From Victivallales bacterium (GTDB lineage Bacteria; Verrucomicrobiota; Lentisphaeria; Victivallales; UBA1829): 64,000 bases of DNA. Below the pieces are notes generated by a model, which worked only from the letters and a program-made list of their open reading frames with translations, did not search any database and had not been told where the DNA came from. How positions within the stretch are numbered: the first letter of the stretch is position 1; every line of letters starts with the position of its first letter. The position numbers and the translations under genes were made by a program. Location: the NCBI GenBank assembly GCA_016285345.1, contig JAEEQN010000011.1:7448-71447 (forward strand). Direction: 5' to 3'. Below, piece after piece: positions 35,032 to 45,378 of the stretch.

Positions 35032-35694
35032 TTATTTCGAGTTCAGAATTTCTTCCAGAATACCGATCTGCTCCTGTTCGGCCTGAATTGCGGATTCCAG
35101 TGCGGCGGGATCCTTCGTCCGCGAATGACGTTCCAGCATGATGCGTGTCGATCCGCGGCTCAACAGTTCACGAGCGGCGGTTCTGAGAGAATCAAGCCGT
35201 TCGTCGTCGGGCGACAGTTCGGCTAAACGGTCGGCCAGTTCGGGATAACGGTTCATGAAAACGCCCAGGTTCCACGGCTCAAGCGAATCTGGATTCTCGA
35301 TCCTGACGTTCCGTATCGTGTCCGCCTCCTCGCCAAGACCGGATATCACGCTCAGATATACGATCTTCCGCGCGGACTGAATCTCCACGCTCCCGAGCAG
35401 AAGACACTCCTGACGGCGGACCAGCCGGAAATAACGCGGGCGCAGACTCGACGCGACCACGACAACGCCCGGTTTGCCGCAATACTTTTTTGCCTCGTCC
35501 CTGATCGCTTCAGGGAGCGTTTCGAGCGTATTCGGCATCACCAGCATACACGGCACGTTCAGGACGCAGTCCGCGATCTCCATGACTTCCGACATGACGA
35601 CCGTTTCAGCGTCCGCATCCGCGGTGGAACGGCAGGACACGGTCCCGGAACAGAGCATCATGCAGAAGAGAGAAAGAAGGACGATTGATCTCAT
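35032..35694 (-). CDS. Secreted hypothetical protein
   Basis: Signal peptide MRSIVLLSLFCMMLCSGTVSC, 220 aa, no recognised domain. Confidence 0.55.
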   Translation of the reverse strand: MRSIVLLSLFCMMLCSGTVSCRSTADADAETVVMSEVMEIADCVLNVPCMLVMPNTLETLPEAIRDEAKKYCGKPGVVVVASSLRPRYFRLVRRQECLLLGSVEIQSARKIVYLSVISGLGEEADTIRNVRIENPDSLEPWNLGVFMNRYPELADRLAELSPDDERLDSLRTAARELLSRGSTRIMLERHSRTKDPAALESAIQAEQEQIGILEEILNSK

Positions 35695-35935
35695 GTGTGA
35701 ATGAGGTTATTTTGTGTAGAAAAACAGCACGGTAAAGCCGTGAAAGGACGGTAAATAATATGCCCCTTCGGATGCCGGATTTCAAGCAGGGAAACATAAT
35801 CAGGGAAAGAATTTTAAGTTTTTCATGTTTTTTTTATAAAAAAAGTCGGTTTTCGGGTTGTACTGCGGCAAAAATGGATTAGGTTATCATATCCGCTTTT
35901 TTCCGACCTTCTCACGCGTGGTATTTAGATAACAC

Positions 35936-37162
35936 ATGAAAATCCGTCAGCCCATCAAGCCGCAACCCGACGCGCAGCCCGTCGAACCGCCGAAAAAGCC
36001 GGCCCTGCCCGAGCTCGCCGTCTTTATTCTTTTCGCGTTCATGATCACGCTTTTCGGCCTCATCATGCTGTATTCCACCTCGTTCGTCACGCAGGGCAGC
36101 TCGTACTTCACGAAACAGCTGGTATGGATGATCATCGGCCTCATCGCGGGCGCGGGCACGATCATGCTCGGCAGCAAACGTCTCTCCGACTGGAGTCCGG
36201 TCATGATCCTCGTGCTGGACATGCTTCTGGTGTGGGCGCTTTTCTGCAAGCCGATCAACGGCGCGCGGCGCTGGATCCAGCTCGCGGGCTTCACGCTTCA
36301 GCCGTCCGAGCTTGGCAAAGTAATCATCACGCTCTTCATGGCGAAGTTCCTTGCATCGCGCACGCGCGCGCTCGAAAGCGAACCGTTCTGGAAAGTCATG
36401 GTTCCCAGCGGGATCTGGGTCGGGCCGACCATCCTGCTCGTACTCGCGGGCGAAGATCTGGGCACGACCGTCCTGCTCGGCTCGCTGTATCTCCTGATGC
36501 TGTTCGTGGCGGGGATGCGCCTGCGGTACATCCTGCCGTTCGCGCTGGTCCTGCCTCCGACCGCGGTCCTGCTCATCCAGAAATTCGACGCGATGCGCTG
36601 GAGCCGCCTCACGGTGTTCATGGACGCAGAATCGTACAGGATGACCTCCGGCTACCAGCTCTGGAACTCCCTGCTGGCGCTCGGATCGGGCGGCTGGACC
36701 GGAGTCGGATTCACGGAAAGCCGTCTGAAGCTGATGTACCTCCCCGAGAATCACACCGACTTCATTCTGTCCATCGTGGGCGAGGAACTCGGCTTCATCA
36801 CGCTCCTGACCGTGATCGTGGCGTACCTGATCCTAGTGTTCGTCGGACTGCGTATCAGCGTGAAGGCGCGCACCCGTCAGGGCATGCTGATCGCGTTCGG
36901 CATGAGCATCTTCATCGGCATGCAGGCGCTGATCAACATCGGCGTCATCACGGCGGCCTTCCCGACAAAGGGCATGCCGGCCCCTATGATCAGCTACGGC
37001 GGCAGCAATCTGCTCGCCTGCCTCATAGCATCGGCATGCGTCGCGAGCGTGGCGATCGACTCCGCCATCCCGGACTACCAGGACAAGCTCCTCGCCTGGG
37101 CCGGAAAACGACTTCATTTCAGCCGTCCTCCCGCAACCGGGGGCGCACAGCAATCATCTTAA
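35936..37162 (+). CDS. ftsW: SEDS-family peptidoglycan glycosyltransferase FtsW
   Basis: LIMLYSTS, FTLQPSELGKV, PENHTDFILSIVGEELG and GMPAPMISYGGSN. Immediately upstream of murG. Confidence 0.9.
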   Translation: MKIRQPIKPQPDAQPVEPPKKPALPELAVFILFAFMITLFGLIMLYSTSFVTQGSSYFTKQLVWMIIGLIAGAGTIMLGSKRLSDWSPVMILVLDMLLVWALFCKPINGARRWIQLAGFTLQPSELGKVIITLFMAKFLASRTRALESEPFWKVMVPSGIWVGPTILLVLAGEDLGTTVLLGSLYLLMLFVAGMRLRYILPFALVLPPTAVLLIQKFDAMRWSRLTVFMDAESYRMTSGYQLWNSLLALGSGGWTGVGFTESRLKLMYLPENHTDFILSIVGEELGFITLLTVIVAYLILVFVGLRISVKARTRQGMLIAFGMSIFIGMQALINIGVITAAFPTKGMPAPMISYGGSNLLACLIASACVASVAIDSAIPDYQDKLLAWAGKRLHFSRPPATGGAQQSS

Positions 37163-37173
37163 AGGGATTCATT

Positions 37174-38313
37174 ATGCAGGAACTGAACCGACTTATCATC
37201 AGCTGCGGCGGCACGGGCGGCCATTTCAATCCCGGCCTGAGCACGGCATGCGCATTCCGGGACGCGGGCGGAAAGCCTCTGCTCATCCTCGGCGGCAAAC
37301 ACTTCGAAGAACAGTCGAAAACCGCCGAAAAGAACGGCATCGGATTCCGGCGCGTTTCCTGCGCCCCGCTCGAAAAAAGTATCTCCGGCGCGCTTCATTT
37401 TCTCTCGCAGCAGATGAAAGGCATCCGCGAGGCAAAAGCCATCTTCCGCGAGTTCAAACCGGACGCCGTCCTCTCCATGGGCGCGTTTCCCTCCATACCG
37501 GCCTCGGTCGCCGCCTGGCGCACCGGCATCCCGCTCTTCCTGCACGACGGCAACGCCCGCGTCGGCAAGTCCAACCGTGTCTTCAGCCGCATCGCGTCCG
37601 GCATCGCCCTCTCCTTCCCCGCCGTCAACGGCGACACGCTGCACTGCCCCTCCGCAGTGACCGGACTTCCGCTCCGCAAGGCGCTGCTGGAGGACGTCCC
37701 CGCGTCCAAGGAAGAGGCGATCGCCCGCATCAACGCCACGCGCGGCACCTCGTTCTCGCCCGAACGCCCGGTCGTCCTCGTATTCGGCGGTTCGCTGGGC
37801 GCGGCGGCGATCAACGAGAACTTCACGATCCCGATCGACCATCCCGGCGCGAAATCGCTTCAGGTCATCCATCTGTCCGGCCCCGGCAAGTACGACGCCA
37901 TCCACGACAAATACTCCGCATGCGGAGTCAACGCGCTCACGCTCGAATCCGCCTCGGACATGCAGAATCTCTACATGGCGGCGGACCTCGTCGTGTGCCG
38001 CGCGGGCGGAAGCACCGTCTCCGAACTTGCCATCTTCGGACGCTACGCCGTGCTGATCCCGTATCCGTACGCCGCGGAAGGACACCAGGACGACAACGCG
38101 CGGTTGCTGGCGCAGACCGGAGCCGCCCGGATCGTCCCGAACGCCGAATGTTCCCCGTCGCTGTTCCGCGGCATCCTCGCCGAATTTCTGGACGATCCCG
38201 CCAAATTCCGCGAGGCGGGCAAAGGCGCGCTCGCCATGGCTCAGCCGAAAGCCGCCGCAAACGTCATCGAGTTCATCGGAAACTCCCTGAAAACCGCCCG
38301 TTCCAAGGCATAA
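37174..38313 (+). CDS. murG: UDP-N-acetylglucosamine--N-acetylmuramyl-(pentapeptide) pyrophosphoryl-undecaprenol GlcNAc transferase
   Basis: ISCGGTGGHFNPGLS...VFGGSLGAAAIN...CRAGGSTVSELA. The longer ORF-track start at 36124 runs through ftsW. Confidence 0.93.
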   Translation: MQELNRLIISCGGTGGHFNPGLSTACAFRDAGGKPLLILGGKHFEEQSKTAEKNGIGFRRVSCAPLEKSISGALHFLSQQMKGIREAKAIFREFKPDAVLSMGAFPSIPASVAAWRTGIPLFLHDGNARVGKSNRVFSRIASGIALSFPAVNGDTLHCPSAVTGLPLRKALLEDVPASKEEAIARINATRGTSFSPERPVVLVFGGSLGAAAINENFTIPIDHPGAKSLQVIHLSGPGKYDAIHDKYSACGVNALTLESASDMQNLYMAADLVVCRAGGSTVSELAIFGRYAVLIPYPYAAEGHQDDNARLLAQTGAARIVPNAECSPSLFRGILAEFLDDPAKFREAGKGALAMAQPKAAANVIEFIGNSLKTARSKA

Positions 38314-38334
38314 AACAATAAGCGCCGGTCCGCC

Positions 38335-40068
38335 ATGAAAATACGTTGTCCGCAGTGCCAGAGAATCAGCGAGATCCCCCATGTCGACCATGGCCGGATC
38401 GCCGTCTGCGCATGCAAGGCGACGTTCCGGATCGACGATTCGACGGTCGTGGAGGAATTCTCCCTGCCCGATCTGCCGCCGCCGGAATCCATCGGCCGCT
38501 ACACCGTCGTACGCTACCTCGGGCGCGGCGCGCTGAACTGCGTCTACGAGGGCATCCACCCGGACCTCGGCATCCCGGTCGCGATCAAGACGCTCCTTCC
38601 CGAATATGCGGCTGACAGGCCGACCCGCGAAATGTTCCTGCATGCGATCAAGGCCTACGCGAAGGCGGTCCATCCGAACATCGTCAAGGTGTATGAGACG
38701 GGCCGGGACACGAACGGCGTCCCGTACCTGGTCATGGAATTCCTTCCCGGCGGCACACTCGCGGACCGACTCCTGAAAGACGGGTTCTTCTCCGCAAAGG
38801 AAGCGGCGAAGATCGGCGCGGACATCTGCCGTGCGCTCGTCGTTACCGCCGGACTCGGCATCGTGCATCGCGACATCAAGCCGGATAACATCATGCTCTC
38901 CGCCGAAGGACAGTACAAGCTCACGGACCTCGGGCTCGCAAAGCTCGACAATTCGGCCGCAACCGGAAACAGCGCGCTTGTGCTGGACGAGAACGATCCG
39001 GCGAAATCAGCCCGCAAAACGAGCTTCGGCACGTTCGAGTATATGTCCCCGGAGCAGTACATCGACACCGAATCCTGCGACATCCGTTCGGACATCTACT
39101 CGCTCGGCGTGACGCTGTATCAGCTCGCGACCGGACGCCTGCCGTTCGAGACGCAGACCCGTTCCGAACTCCGTCACATGCACATCTCCGTCGAACCCCT
39201 CGTCCCCAGCACCTACATGCACGGCATCCCCATCGACTTCGACTACATCGTCATGCACTGCATCCAGAAACGGCCGGACGACCGCTACAGCACGCCGGAG
39301 GAACTGCTCGCCGACCTCGAAGCGTTCCTTGCGGACGCTCCGCTCCCCTCGACCACAAGCGGAGCCGTTCCTTTTGTCGGAATTCCCGCGCCGTTCGTCC
39401 GCACCGCCGGGGAAAAACGTTCCCCGCTGCTTCCTTTCATGGCAGCCCTGCTCGTTCTGCTGATTCTGGCGGGCGCGGGACTGCTTATCTGGAAAGAACA
39501 CTCCGGGACGGGACATCGTACAGCCCGGCCGCGGCCGGTCGATGATTCCACCATCGGATCCGTGTCCGGAATCGAATCTTTCCGAACGGAATTGTCCGTT
39601 CTGCCGGGCCGCCCTTCCACGAAGGCGCTTGACGCGGAAATCACGATTGGCGGGGACAATACCGATGCTCAGGTATCCGGGCTGTTCGAGGAAACGAAGA
39701 GAGCCGCCGCGCGGGCCATGACGGACGGATTCGGATTCCAAAAAGCCATTGAGGATTTGGAAACATTCACGTCGTCCGAGGAGTATCGGAAGGAGGCGCT
39801 TGATCTTATTTCCGAACTCAAAAAAGCATCCGATGCCGCCGTTGAGAAACTCATGGAGACATTGAACGGAAAGGCCGCAAATCTCATGGAAGACGGAAAT
39901 ATCGACGGCGCGATCAACGTCTACAGCACCGATATCGGGCCGCTCGCGCCGGAATCAAAGGCCGAACGCGAACAGAAGATCCTCGAACTTGAAAAGAAGC
40001 GTCAGGACGCGGAGTCGAAAACCGGTGAACCCGGTGAACCTGCCGAATCCGAGGAGGAAGGGGCCTGA
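38335..40068 (+). CDS. Ser/Thr protein kinase with an N-terminal zinc ribbon and a C-terminal TM + helical domain
   Basis: MKIRCPQCQRISEIP...CACKATFRI. Kinase motifs VAIKTL, HRDIKPDNIML, DLGLA and GTFEYMSPEQ. TM helix LLPFMAALLVLLILAGAGLLIW. Confidence 0.92.
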   Translation: MKIRCPQCQRISEIPHVDHGRIAVCACKATFRIDDSTVVEEFSLPDLPPPESIGRYTVVRYLGRGALNCVYEGIHPDLGIPVAIKTLLPEYAADRPTREMFLHAIKAYAKAVHPNIVKVYETGRDTNGVPYLVMEFLPGGTLADRLLKDGFFSAKEAAKIGADICRALVVTAGLGIVHRDIKPDNIMLSAEGQYKLTDLGLAKLDNSAATGNSALVLDENDPAKSARKTSFGTFEYMSPEQYIDTESCDIRSDIYSLGVTLYQLATGRLPFETQTRSELRHMHISVEPLVPSTYMHGIPIDFDYIVMHCIQKRPDDRYSTPEELLADLEAFLADAPLPSTTSGAVPFVGIPAPFVRTAGEKRSPLLPFMAALLVLLILAGAGLLIWKEHSGTGHRTARPRPVDDSTIGSVSGIESFRTELSVLPGRPSTKALDAEITIGGDNTDAQVSGLFEETKRAAARAMTDGFGFQKAIEDLETFTSSEEYRKEALDLISELKKASDAAVEKLMETLNGKAANLMEDGNIDGAINVYSTDIGPLAPESKAEREQKILELEKKRQDAESKTGEPGEPAESEEEGA

Positions 40069-40070
40069 TC

Positions 40071-41039
40071 ATGATCTCACCCTTCTTTGAACGCAGGCCC
40101 CCGGGCATCCTCGTCTGCGGACCGAATCCGTCCTGGCAGAAGACGCTCGTCTTCGACGTGTTCTGTCCGCGCGAGGTCAACCGGGCGCTGGAACGCGACT
40201 GCCGTGCCTCCGGCAAGGGCGTGAACTTCGCACGCGCCGTCCGCACCTGGGGGACCGCCGTTCCTACCGTGTACCAGTTCGCCGGCGGCATGAACGGACA
40301 GAATCTCGAAAACTGGCTCCGGCAGGAAGGCATAGAATTCGTCAGCCGGGAAATCACGGACGAAACGCGCTGCTGCACCACAGTCCTGTGCAAAAAAAAC
40401 GCCTGCATGACCGAGCTGATCGAACCCTCGCCGACCGTACCGGCGGAGGATGCGGATTTCCTGAAAAAACAGATTCTTTCCGCGCTTCCGGACGCCGATG
40501 CGCTTGCGCTCTGCGGCACGCTCCCGAACGGATCGCTGGAAGGATTTTACGCTGCGTTCACAAAAGAGGCCGTCCGCCTAAACAAGCCCGTCCTGATGGA
40601 TTCCGTGGCGCATTTCGATGAAACGCTCGCCGCCGGAGTGCAGTATCTGAAGATCAACAGCGGCGAACTTCTGACCGTGACCGGCGCTTCCGATCCCGAA
40701 GCAGCCGCGCTCGAACTGCTGAACCGTTTTCCGCTTCAGTGCGCCGCCATTACCGACGGCCCCGACAAAGCGTTTATCGCGTGGCAGGGCAAGATCTATC
40801 GTATCTCCATCCCGCCGCTCTCCGGCGTCCGCAATCCCCTCGGCGCGGGCGACGTCTGTTCCGGCGTGATGCTCTCCGAACTTCTCGCGGGTGTATCTCC
40901 GGTCGAAGCGTTCACCGCCGGACTCGCCGCCGCCTGCGCGAGCTGCCTCACGCAATACGCCGCGGAATTCGACCGGGCGGAAGCGCTCCGCCTCAAACAT
41001 GAAATGCGGATTGAGGCCGCCGCGCCCCGCACCACCTGA
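40071..41039 (+). CDS. PfkB-family sugar(-phosphate) kinase (1-phosphofructokinase / tagatose-6-P kinase type)
   Basis: SGKGVNFARAV near the N-terminus and NPLGAGDVCSGVMLSEL near the C-terminus. Confidence 0.82.
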   Translation: MISPFFERRPPGILVCGPNPSWQKTLVFDVFCPREVNRALERDCRASGKGVNFARAVRTWGTAVPTVYQFAGGMNGQNLENWLRQEGIEFVSREITDETRCCTTVLCKKNACMTELIEPSPTVPAEDADFLKKQILSALPDADALALCGTLPNGSLEGFYAAFTKEAVRLNKPVLMDSVAHFDETLAAGVQYLKINSGELLTVTGASDPEAAALELLNRFPLQCAAITDGPDKAFIAWQGKIYRISIPPLSGVRNPLGAGDVCSGVMLSELLAGVSPVEAFTAGLAAACASCLTQYAAEFDRAEALRLKHEMRIEAAAPRTT

Positions 41040-41093
41040 CAACAAAGCACAACTCAACCATATCAAACAAAACAACCTGAAAGGAACCTTCTC

Positions 41094-42125
41094 ATGAGCT
41101 CCAATTCTTCCGGCGGATTCTTCCGCAGCTGCCTGATCGTGTTAGGCATCTTCATTGTCATCGGTTTTCTCGGTTTCTTAGCCCTCTTCTCGTTTGCCGC
41201 CGTCATCATCGGTGCGATCGGGGAATCCGGCACGGCGCTCAAGTCCGCTTCGGCCGAATACACCACCGAGTTCGTCAGCGGCAAGGAGGACGCCGAAAAC
41301 CGGATCGCCGTCATCGACGTGAAGGGCACGATCGCGAGCGAAGGCGAGGCCTTCGGCGAAGTCATCGCGAACTCGAAACAGATCGTCAAGCTCATCCGCG
41401 CCGCGAAGGACGACGACAGCGTGAAGGCGATCATCGTCGACCTCGACACCCCCGGCGGCGAAGTCACCGCCTCCGACGAGATCTACCACGAGCTCAAGCT
41501 CTGCGGCAAGCCCGTCGTCGCCATGATGAACACGATGGCGGCCAGCGGCGGCTACTACGTCGCCTGCGGCGCAAACAGGATCGTCGCGAACAAGTTCACG
41601 ATGACCGGCAGCATCGGCGTCATCATCTCCACCGTGGACGTCTCAGGCCTGCTCGACTGGGCGAAGGTCAAGCCCGAGTTCTACACCTCCGGCAAGATGA
41701 AGTCCATGCTCAATCCCGCCAAGCCCACCACCGAAGAGGAAGCGAAGGTCGTCCAGGCGCTCGTCATGGACGCCTACAAGGAATTCGCCGGGATCGTCTC
41801 CGAAGCCAGAAACATCCCGCTCGAGAAGATCACCCAGGGCGAACTCGGCGACGGACGCGTGTTCGACGGCGAACAGGCGCTCGCGAACGGACTCGTCGAC
41901 CAAATCGGCTACTTCACGACCGCCGAGGACGCCGCGCTCGAACTCGCCGGTCTCACCCGCGAGAATTGCCGCATCGAACGCTTCAAGACCAGCACCTCTC
42001 TCGCCGACCTCCTCGGCATGTTCGGCGTGAAGGCGCAGCCCGTCACGTTCAACTCGCTCCTTTCCGGCACGAATGTCGTCCTCCCGAAGGCCGGCTGCCC
42101 CTACTACCTCGCCACGGGTCTCTGA
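41094..42125 (+). CDS. sppA: Signal peptide peptidase SppA, 36K type
   Basis: KAIIVDLDTPGGEV, MAASGGYYVACGANRIVANKFTMTGSIGVI, and a single N-terminal TM helix. Confidence 0.88.
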   Translation: MSSNSSGGFFRSCLIVLGIFIVIGFLGFLALFSFAAVIIGAIGESGTALKSASAEYTTEFVSGKEDAENRIAVIDVKGTIASEGEAFGEVIANSKQIVKLIRAAKDDDSVKAIIVDLDTPGGEVTASDEIYHELKLCGKPVVAMMNTMAASGGYYVACGANRIVANKFTMTGSIGVIISTVDVSGLLDWAKVKPEFYTSGKMKSMLNPAKPTTEEEAKVVQALVMDAYKEFAGIVSEARNIPLEKITQGELGDGRVFDGEQALANGLVDQIGYFTTAEDAALELAGLTRENCRIERFKTSTSLADLLGMFGVKAQPVTFNSLLSGTNVVLPKAGCPYYLATGL

Positions 42126-42150
42126 TCGAACTCAACTCTTCGCGTGCGCC

Positions 42151-43155
42151 ATGAGAGATTTTGAACGGGAAGTCACCAGCGCCGCCGGGCCGCTTCCGCC
42201 GATCCGGACGGAGGAGTTCTCCTGGTCCCTCGCCAGGCACTACCTCTTCCGGTTCTGCCGCCGGGCGTATTTCATCCGGTACTACCTCGCCCAGGGCGGG
42301 TGGGACGCCTATTCCCACACGCTCGCCCGCGAGGCGTATTTCAGCAAGTACCTGATGCCGTTCGACACCTGGCTCTCGCGCACGCTCCGCGACTCCATCC
42401 GCGAGGCGTTCGCCAAGATGAGCGCCGGTTCGCCCGGCCACAAGCGCCGCGGCTTCGGGTTCTACCTGCTGCGCCAGATCGGCAAGGCCACGGCTGACCT
42501 CCAGCTCAGCCTGAAGAACCGCGAATACCTCTACGACGCGAAACGCCCCGCGATTCTGGAGTACCACCTCGGGATCGGCGATTTCGCCGACGTCGACAAG
42601 CTCACCGACATGGCCGTTTCCATCCTCGGCGACGCCTACGCCATGCTCTCCCGCTCCGACATCATCGCCGACCTCGCCAACATCAGCTTCGTCGACCTCC
42701 GCACCGACGACGTCTTCATCAGCATCGACTACAAGGGTTTCCCCGTGTGGCTCGTCCCCGGCCTCATCTACTTCCACGAGGGCGCGGCGTCCGCCATCGA
42801 TGCGGAGGTCCGCCTCACCGGCGGCGAGAACACCACCGACTTCTTCGCCCGCATCGGCCGCCTGAACTCGCTCTTCGCCCTCTACTGCGCCAGGCGCTAC
42901 CCCGGTTTCCCCGTCAACATCACCACGTTCACCTTCTCGAAGGAACTCTCCAGCGTGGTCTACAACCTCTTCGAGCCCGACATCGAGTCCCTGATCGACA
43001 GGAGCAGCGCGGAGATGCTCGCGCTCGTCGACAAGGACGGGCTCGCCCGCCCGGAGGACTTCCCGCCCTGCGAAAACCGCGACGCCTGCCGCACTTGCCG
43101 TTACCAGTCCGCCTGCCGCCTCCTTGAAAGCGCCATGCAGGGCAAACAGGTCTGA
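42151..43155 (+). CDS. PD-(D/E)XK nuclease superfamily protein with Cas4/AddB-like cysteine cluster
   Basis: N-terminal FSWSLARHYLFRFCRRAYFIRYY, core ...FVDLRTDDVFISIDYKG (D...DxK), and C-terminal C-x6-C-x2-C-x5-C (PPCENRDACRTCRYQSAC). Confidence 0.6.
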   Translation: MRDFEREVTSAAGPLPPIRTEEFSWSLARHYLFRFCRRAYFIRYYLAQGGWDAYSHTLAREAYFSKYLMPFDTWLSRTLRDSIREAFAKMSAGSPGHKRRGFGFYLLRQIGKATADLQLSLKNREYLYDAKRPAILEYHLGIGDFADVDKLTDMAVSILGDAYAMLSRSDIIADLANISFVDLRTDDVFISIDYKGFPVWLVPGLIYFHEGAASAIDAEVRLTGGENTTDFFARIGRLNSLFALYCARRYPGFPVNITTFTFSKELSSVVYNLFEPDIESLIDRSSAEMLALVDKDGLARPEDFPPCENRDACRTCRYQSACRLLESAMQGKQV

Positions 43156-43170
43156 CTCCGAGGTGAAACC

Positions 43171-45324
43171 ATGATCCAGGACTCCGGCGAAATATTCCGC
43201 GTGGTCTCCGACTACGAACCCGCGGGCGACCAGGCCGACGCCATCCGCCAGCTGAAGGAAAACCTCGACCGCGGCATCCGCCACCAGACGCTCCTCGGCG
43301 TCACGGGCAGCGGCAAGACCTTCACGCTCGCGAAACTCCTCGAATCCGAGCTGAACCGCCCCGCGCTCGTGCTCTCCCACAACAAGACGCTCGCCGCCCA
43401 GCTCTACAGCGAGTTCAAGGCATTTTTCCCCACAAACGCCGTCGAATACTTCATCAGCTACTACGACTACTATCTGCCCGAATCCTACATCCCGCAGACC
43501 GACACCTACATCGCGAAGGACGCCAGCATCAACGACAACATCGAGCGTCTCCGCCTCAGCGCCACAGCCTCCCTGCTCGAACGCCGCGACACGCTCGTCG
43601 TCGCCAGCGTCTCCTGCATCTACGGCCTGACCTCGCCCGAGGACTACGACTCCATGAGCCTGCGCCTCGCCGCCGGGGACGAGCTCGACCGCGACCTCTT
43701 CCTGCACATGCTCGTCGCCATCCAGTACGAACGCAACGACATGGCGCCCGAACGCGGCCAGTTCCGCGTGCGCGGCGACTGCGTGGACGTCTTCCTGTCG
43801 CAGAAAGAGGAATTCCTGCGCGTGGAGTTCTGGGGCGACACCATCGAATCCATCTCCCGGCGCGACCTCGTGACCGGCCACGTCATCGCCCAGTGCCGCA
43901 AGGCGCTCGTCTTCCCCGCCCGCCATTTCGTGCTGCCGCAGGAGAAGATCGACGCCGCCATGAACGGCATCCTGGAGGAGATGCGGACCTGCGTCCACAA
44001 TTTCGAGGAACAGGGCAAGCTCGTCGAGGCGCAGCGCCTCTTCCAGCGCGTGAACTACGACGTCGAGATGATGAAGGAGATCGGCTACTGCCCCGGCATC
44101 GAGAACTACTCGCGCCACCTCTCCGGCCGCGCGCCCGGCTCCCGCCCGTTCTGCCTCGTCGACTTCATGCCGAAGGACTACCTGCTCTTCATCGACGAAT
44201 CCCACGTGACGCTCCCCCAGCTCCAGGCGATGTACAAGGCGGACCGCAGCCGCAAGCAGACGCTCGTCGACTACGGATTCCGCCTGCCCTCCGCGCTCGA
44301 CAACCGCCCGCTCACCTTCGACGAATTCCTCGGGCTCACCGGCGACACCGTGTACGTCTCCGCCACGCCCGGCGACTACGAGATGAAGATGTGCGGCAAC
44401 GCAGTAGTCGAGCTGGTCGTGCGCCCGACCGGGCTGCTCGATCCGCCGGTCGAGGTACGCCCGCTCGGTTCGCAGATCGACGACGTGATCGCGGAAATCC
44501 GCGCCACCGCGGCGGTCGGGGCGCGTTCGCTCGTCGTCACGCTCACGAAGAAAAGCTCCGAACGCCTCGCCGACTACCTCTCCGACGTCGGGATCCGCGT
44601 GAAATACCTGCACTCCGAGATCGACGCCATCGAACGCGTGAAGATCCTGAACGAACTCCGGCGCGGCGACTTCGACTGCATCGTCGGAATCAACCTCATC
44701 CGCGAGGGCATCGACCTCCCGGAGATCCGCCTCGTCGCCATCCTCGACGCCGACAAGGAAGGCTTCCTGCGCTCCCGCCGTTCCCTCATCCAGGTCGCCG
44801 GACGCGCCGCCCGAAACGCAGACGGCAAGGTGATCCTGTACGCCGACAACATGACCGACAGCATGAAGGCGCTCATCGAGACCACCGAGGCGCGCCGCGC
44901 CAAGCAGAACGCCTACAACGCCGAACACGGCATCGTGCCGCACACCATCATCAAGCCGCCGCGCGAGACCATCGCCGAGATCATCGGCGCGACCCAGCCC
45001 GAAAAAACGTCCGCGCCCGCGACCGCCGCCTCGAACTCCGGCCGCGCCTACACCTTCCACGAACCCGGCGCACCCTACAACACCGGCATGAAGACACGCC
45101 CCGCGAAGGGCAGGAAGGGACGCGGCATGAAGGGCCAGTCGATCACCCTCAGCGAGACCGAGGAGATTTTGAAGCAGACCGGAGCCGCCAGCATCGACGA
45201 ACTCGTGCTCGAACTCGAATCCCAGATGCTCGAAGCGGCGGAGGCGCTCGAATTCGAACGCGCCGCCCAGCTCCGCGACCGCATCCGCTCCCTCTCGAAA
45301 GACCTCGACGCCCCGCCCTTCTGA
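43171..45324 (+). CDS. uvrB: Excinuclease ABC subunit B
   Basis: LLGVTGSGKTFT, YYDYYLPE beta-hairpin region, helicase motifs, and a C-terminal UVR domain (LEFERAAQLRDRI). Confidence 0.97.
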   Translation: MIQDSGEIFRVVSDYEPAGDQADAIRQLKENLDRGIRHQTLLGVTGSGKTFTLAKLLESELNRPALVLSHNKTLAAQLYSEFKAFFPTNAVEYFISYYDYYLPESYIPQTDTYIAKDASINDNIERLRLSATASLLERRDTLVVASVSCIYGLTSPEDYDSMSLRLAAGDELDRDLFLHMLVAIQYERNDMAPERGQFRVRGDCVDVFLSQKEEFLRVEFWGDTIESISRRDLVTGHVIAQCRKALVFPARHFVLPQEKIDAAMNGILEEMRTCVHNFEEQGKLVEAQRLFQRVNYDVEMMKEIGYCPGIENYSRHLSGRAPGSRPFCLVDFMPKDYLLFIDESHVTLPQLQAMYKADRSRKQTLVDYGFRLPSALDNRPLTFDEFLGLTGDTVYVSATPGDYEMKMCGNAVVELVVRPTGLLDPPVEVRPLGSQIDDVIAEIRATAAVGARSLVVTLTKKSSERLADYLSDVGIRVKYLHSEIDAIERVKILNELRRGDFDCIVGINLIREGIDLPEIRLVAILDADKEGFLRSRRSLIQVAGRAARNADGKVILYADNMTDSMKALIETTEARRAKQNAYNAEHGIVPHTIIKPPRETIAEIIGATQPEKTSAPATAASNSGRAYTFHEPGAPYNTGMKTRPAKGRKGRGMKGQSITLSETEEILKQTGAASIDELVLELESQMLEAAEALEFERAAQLRDRIRSLSKDLDAPPF

Positions 45325-45378
45325 ACCGACCATCCGCATATCAATCGAACTCATATAACCGAAACAGAAAGCACTTCC

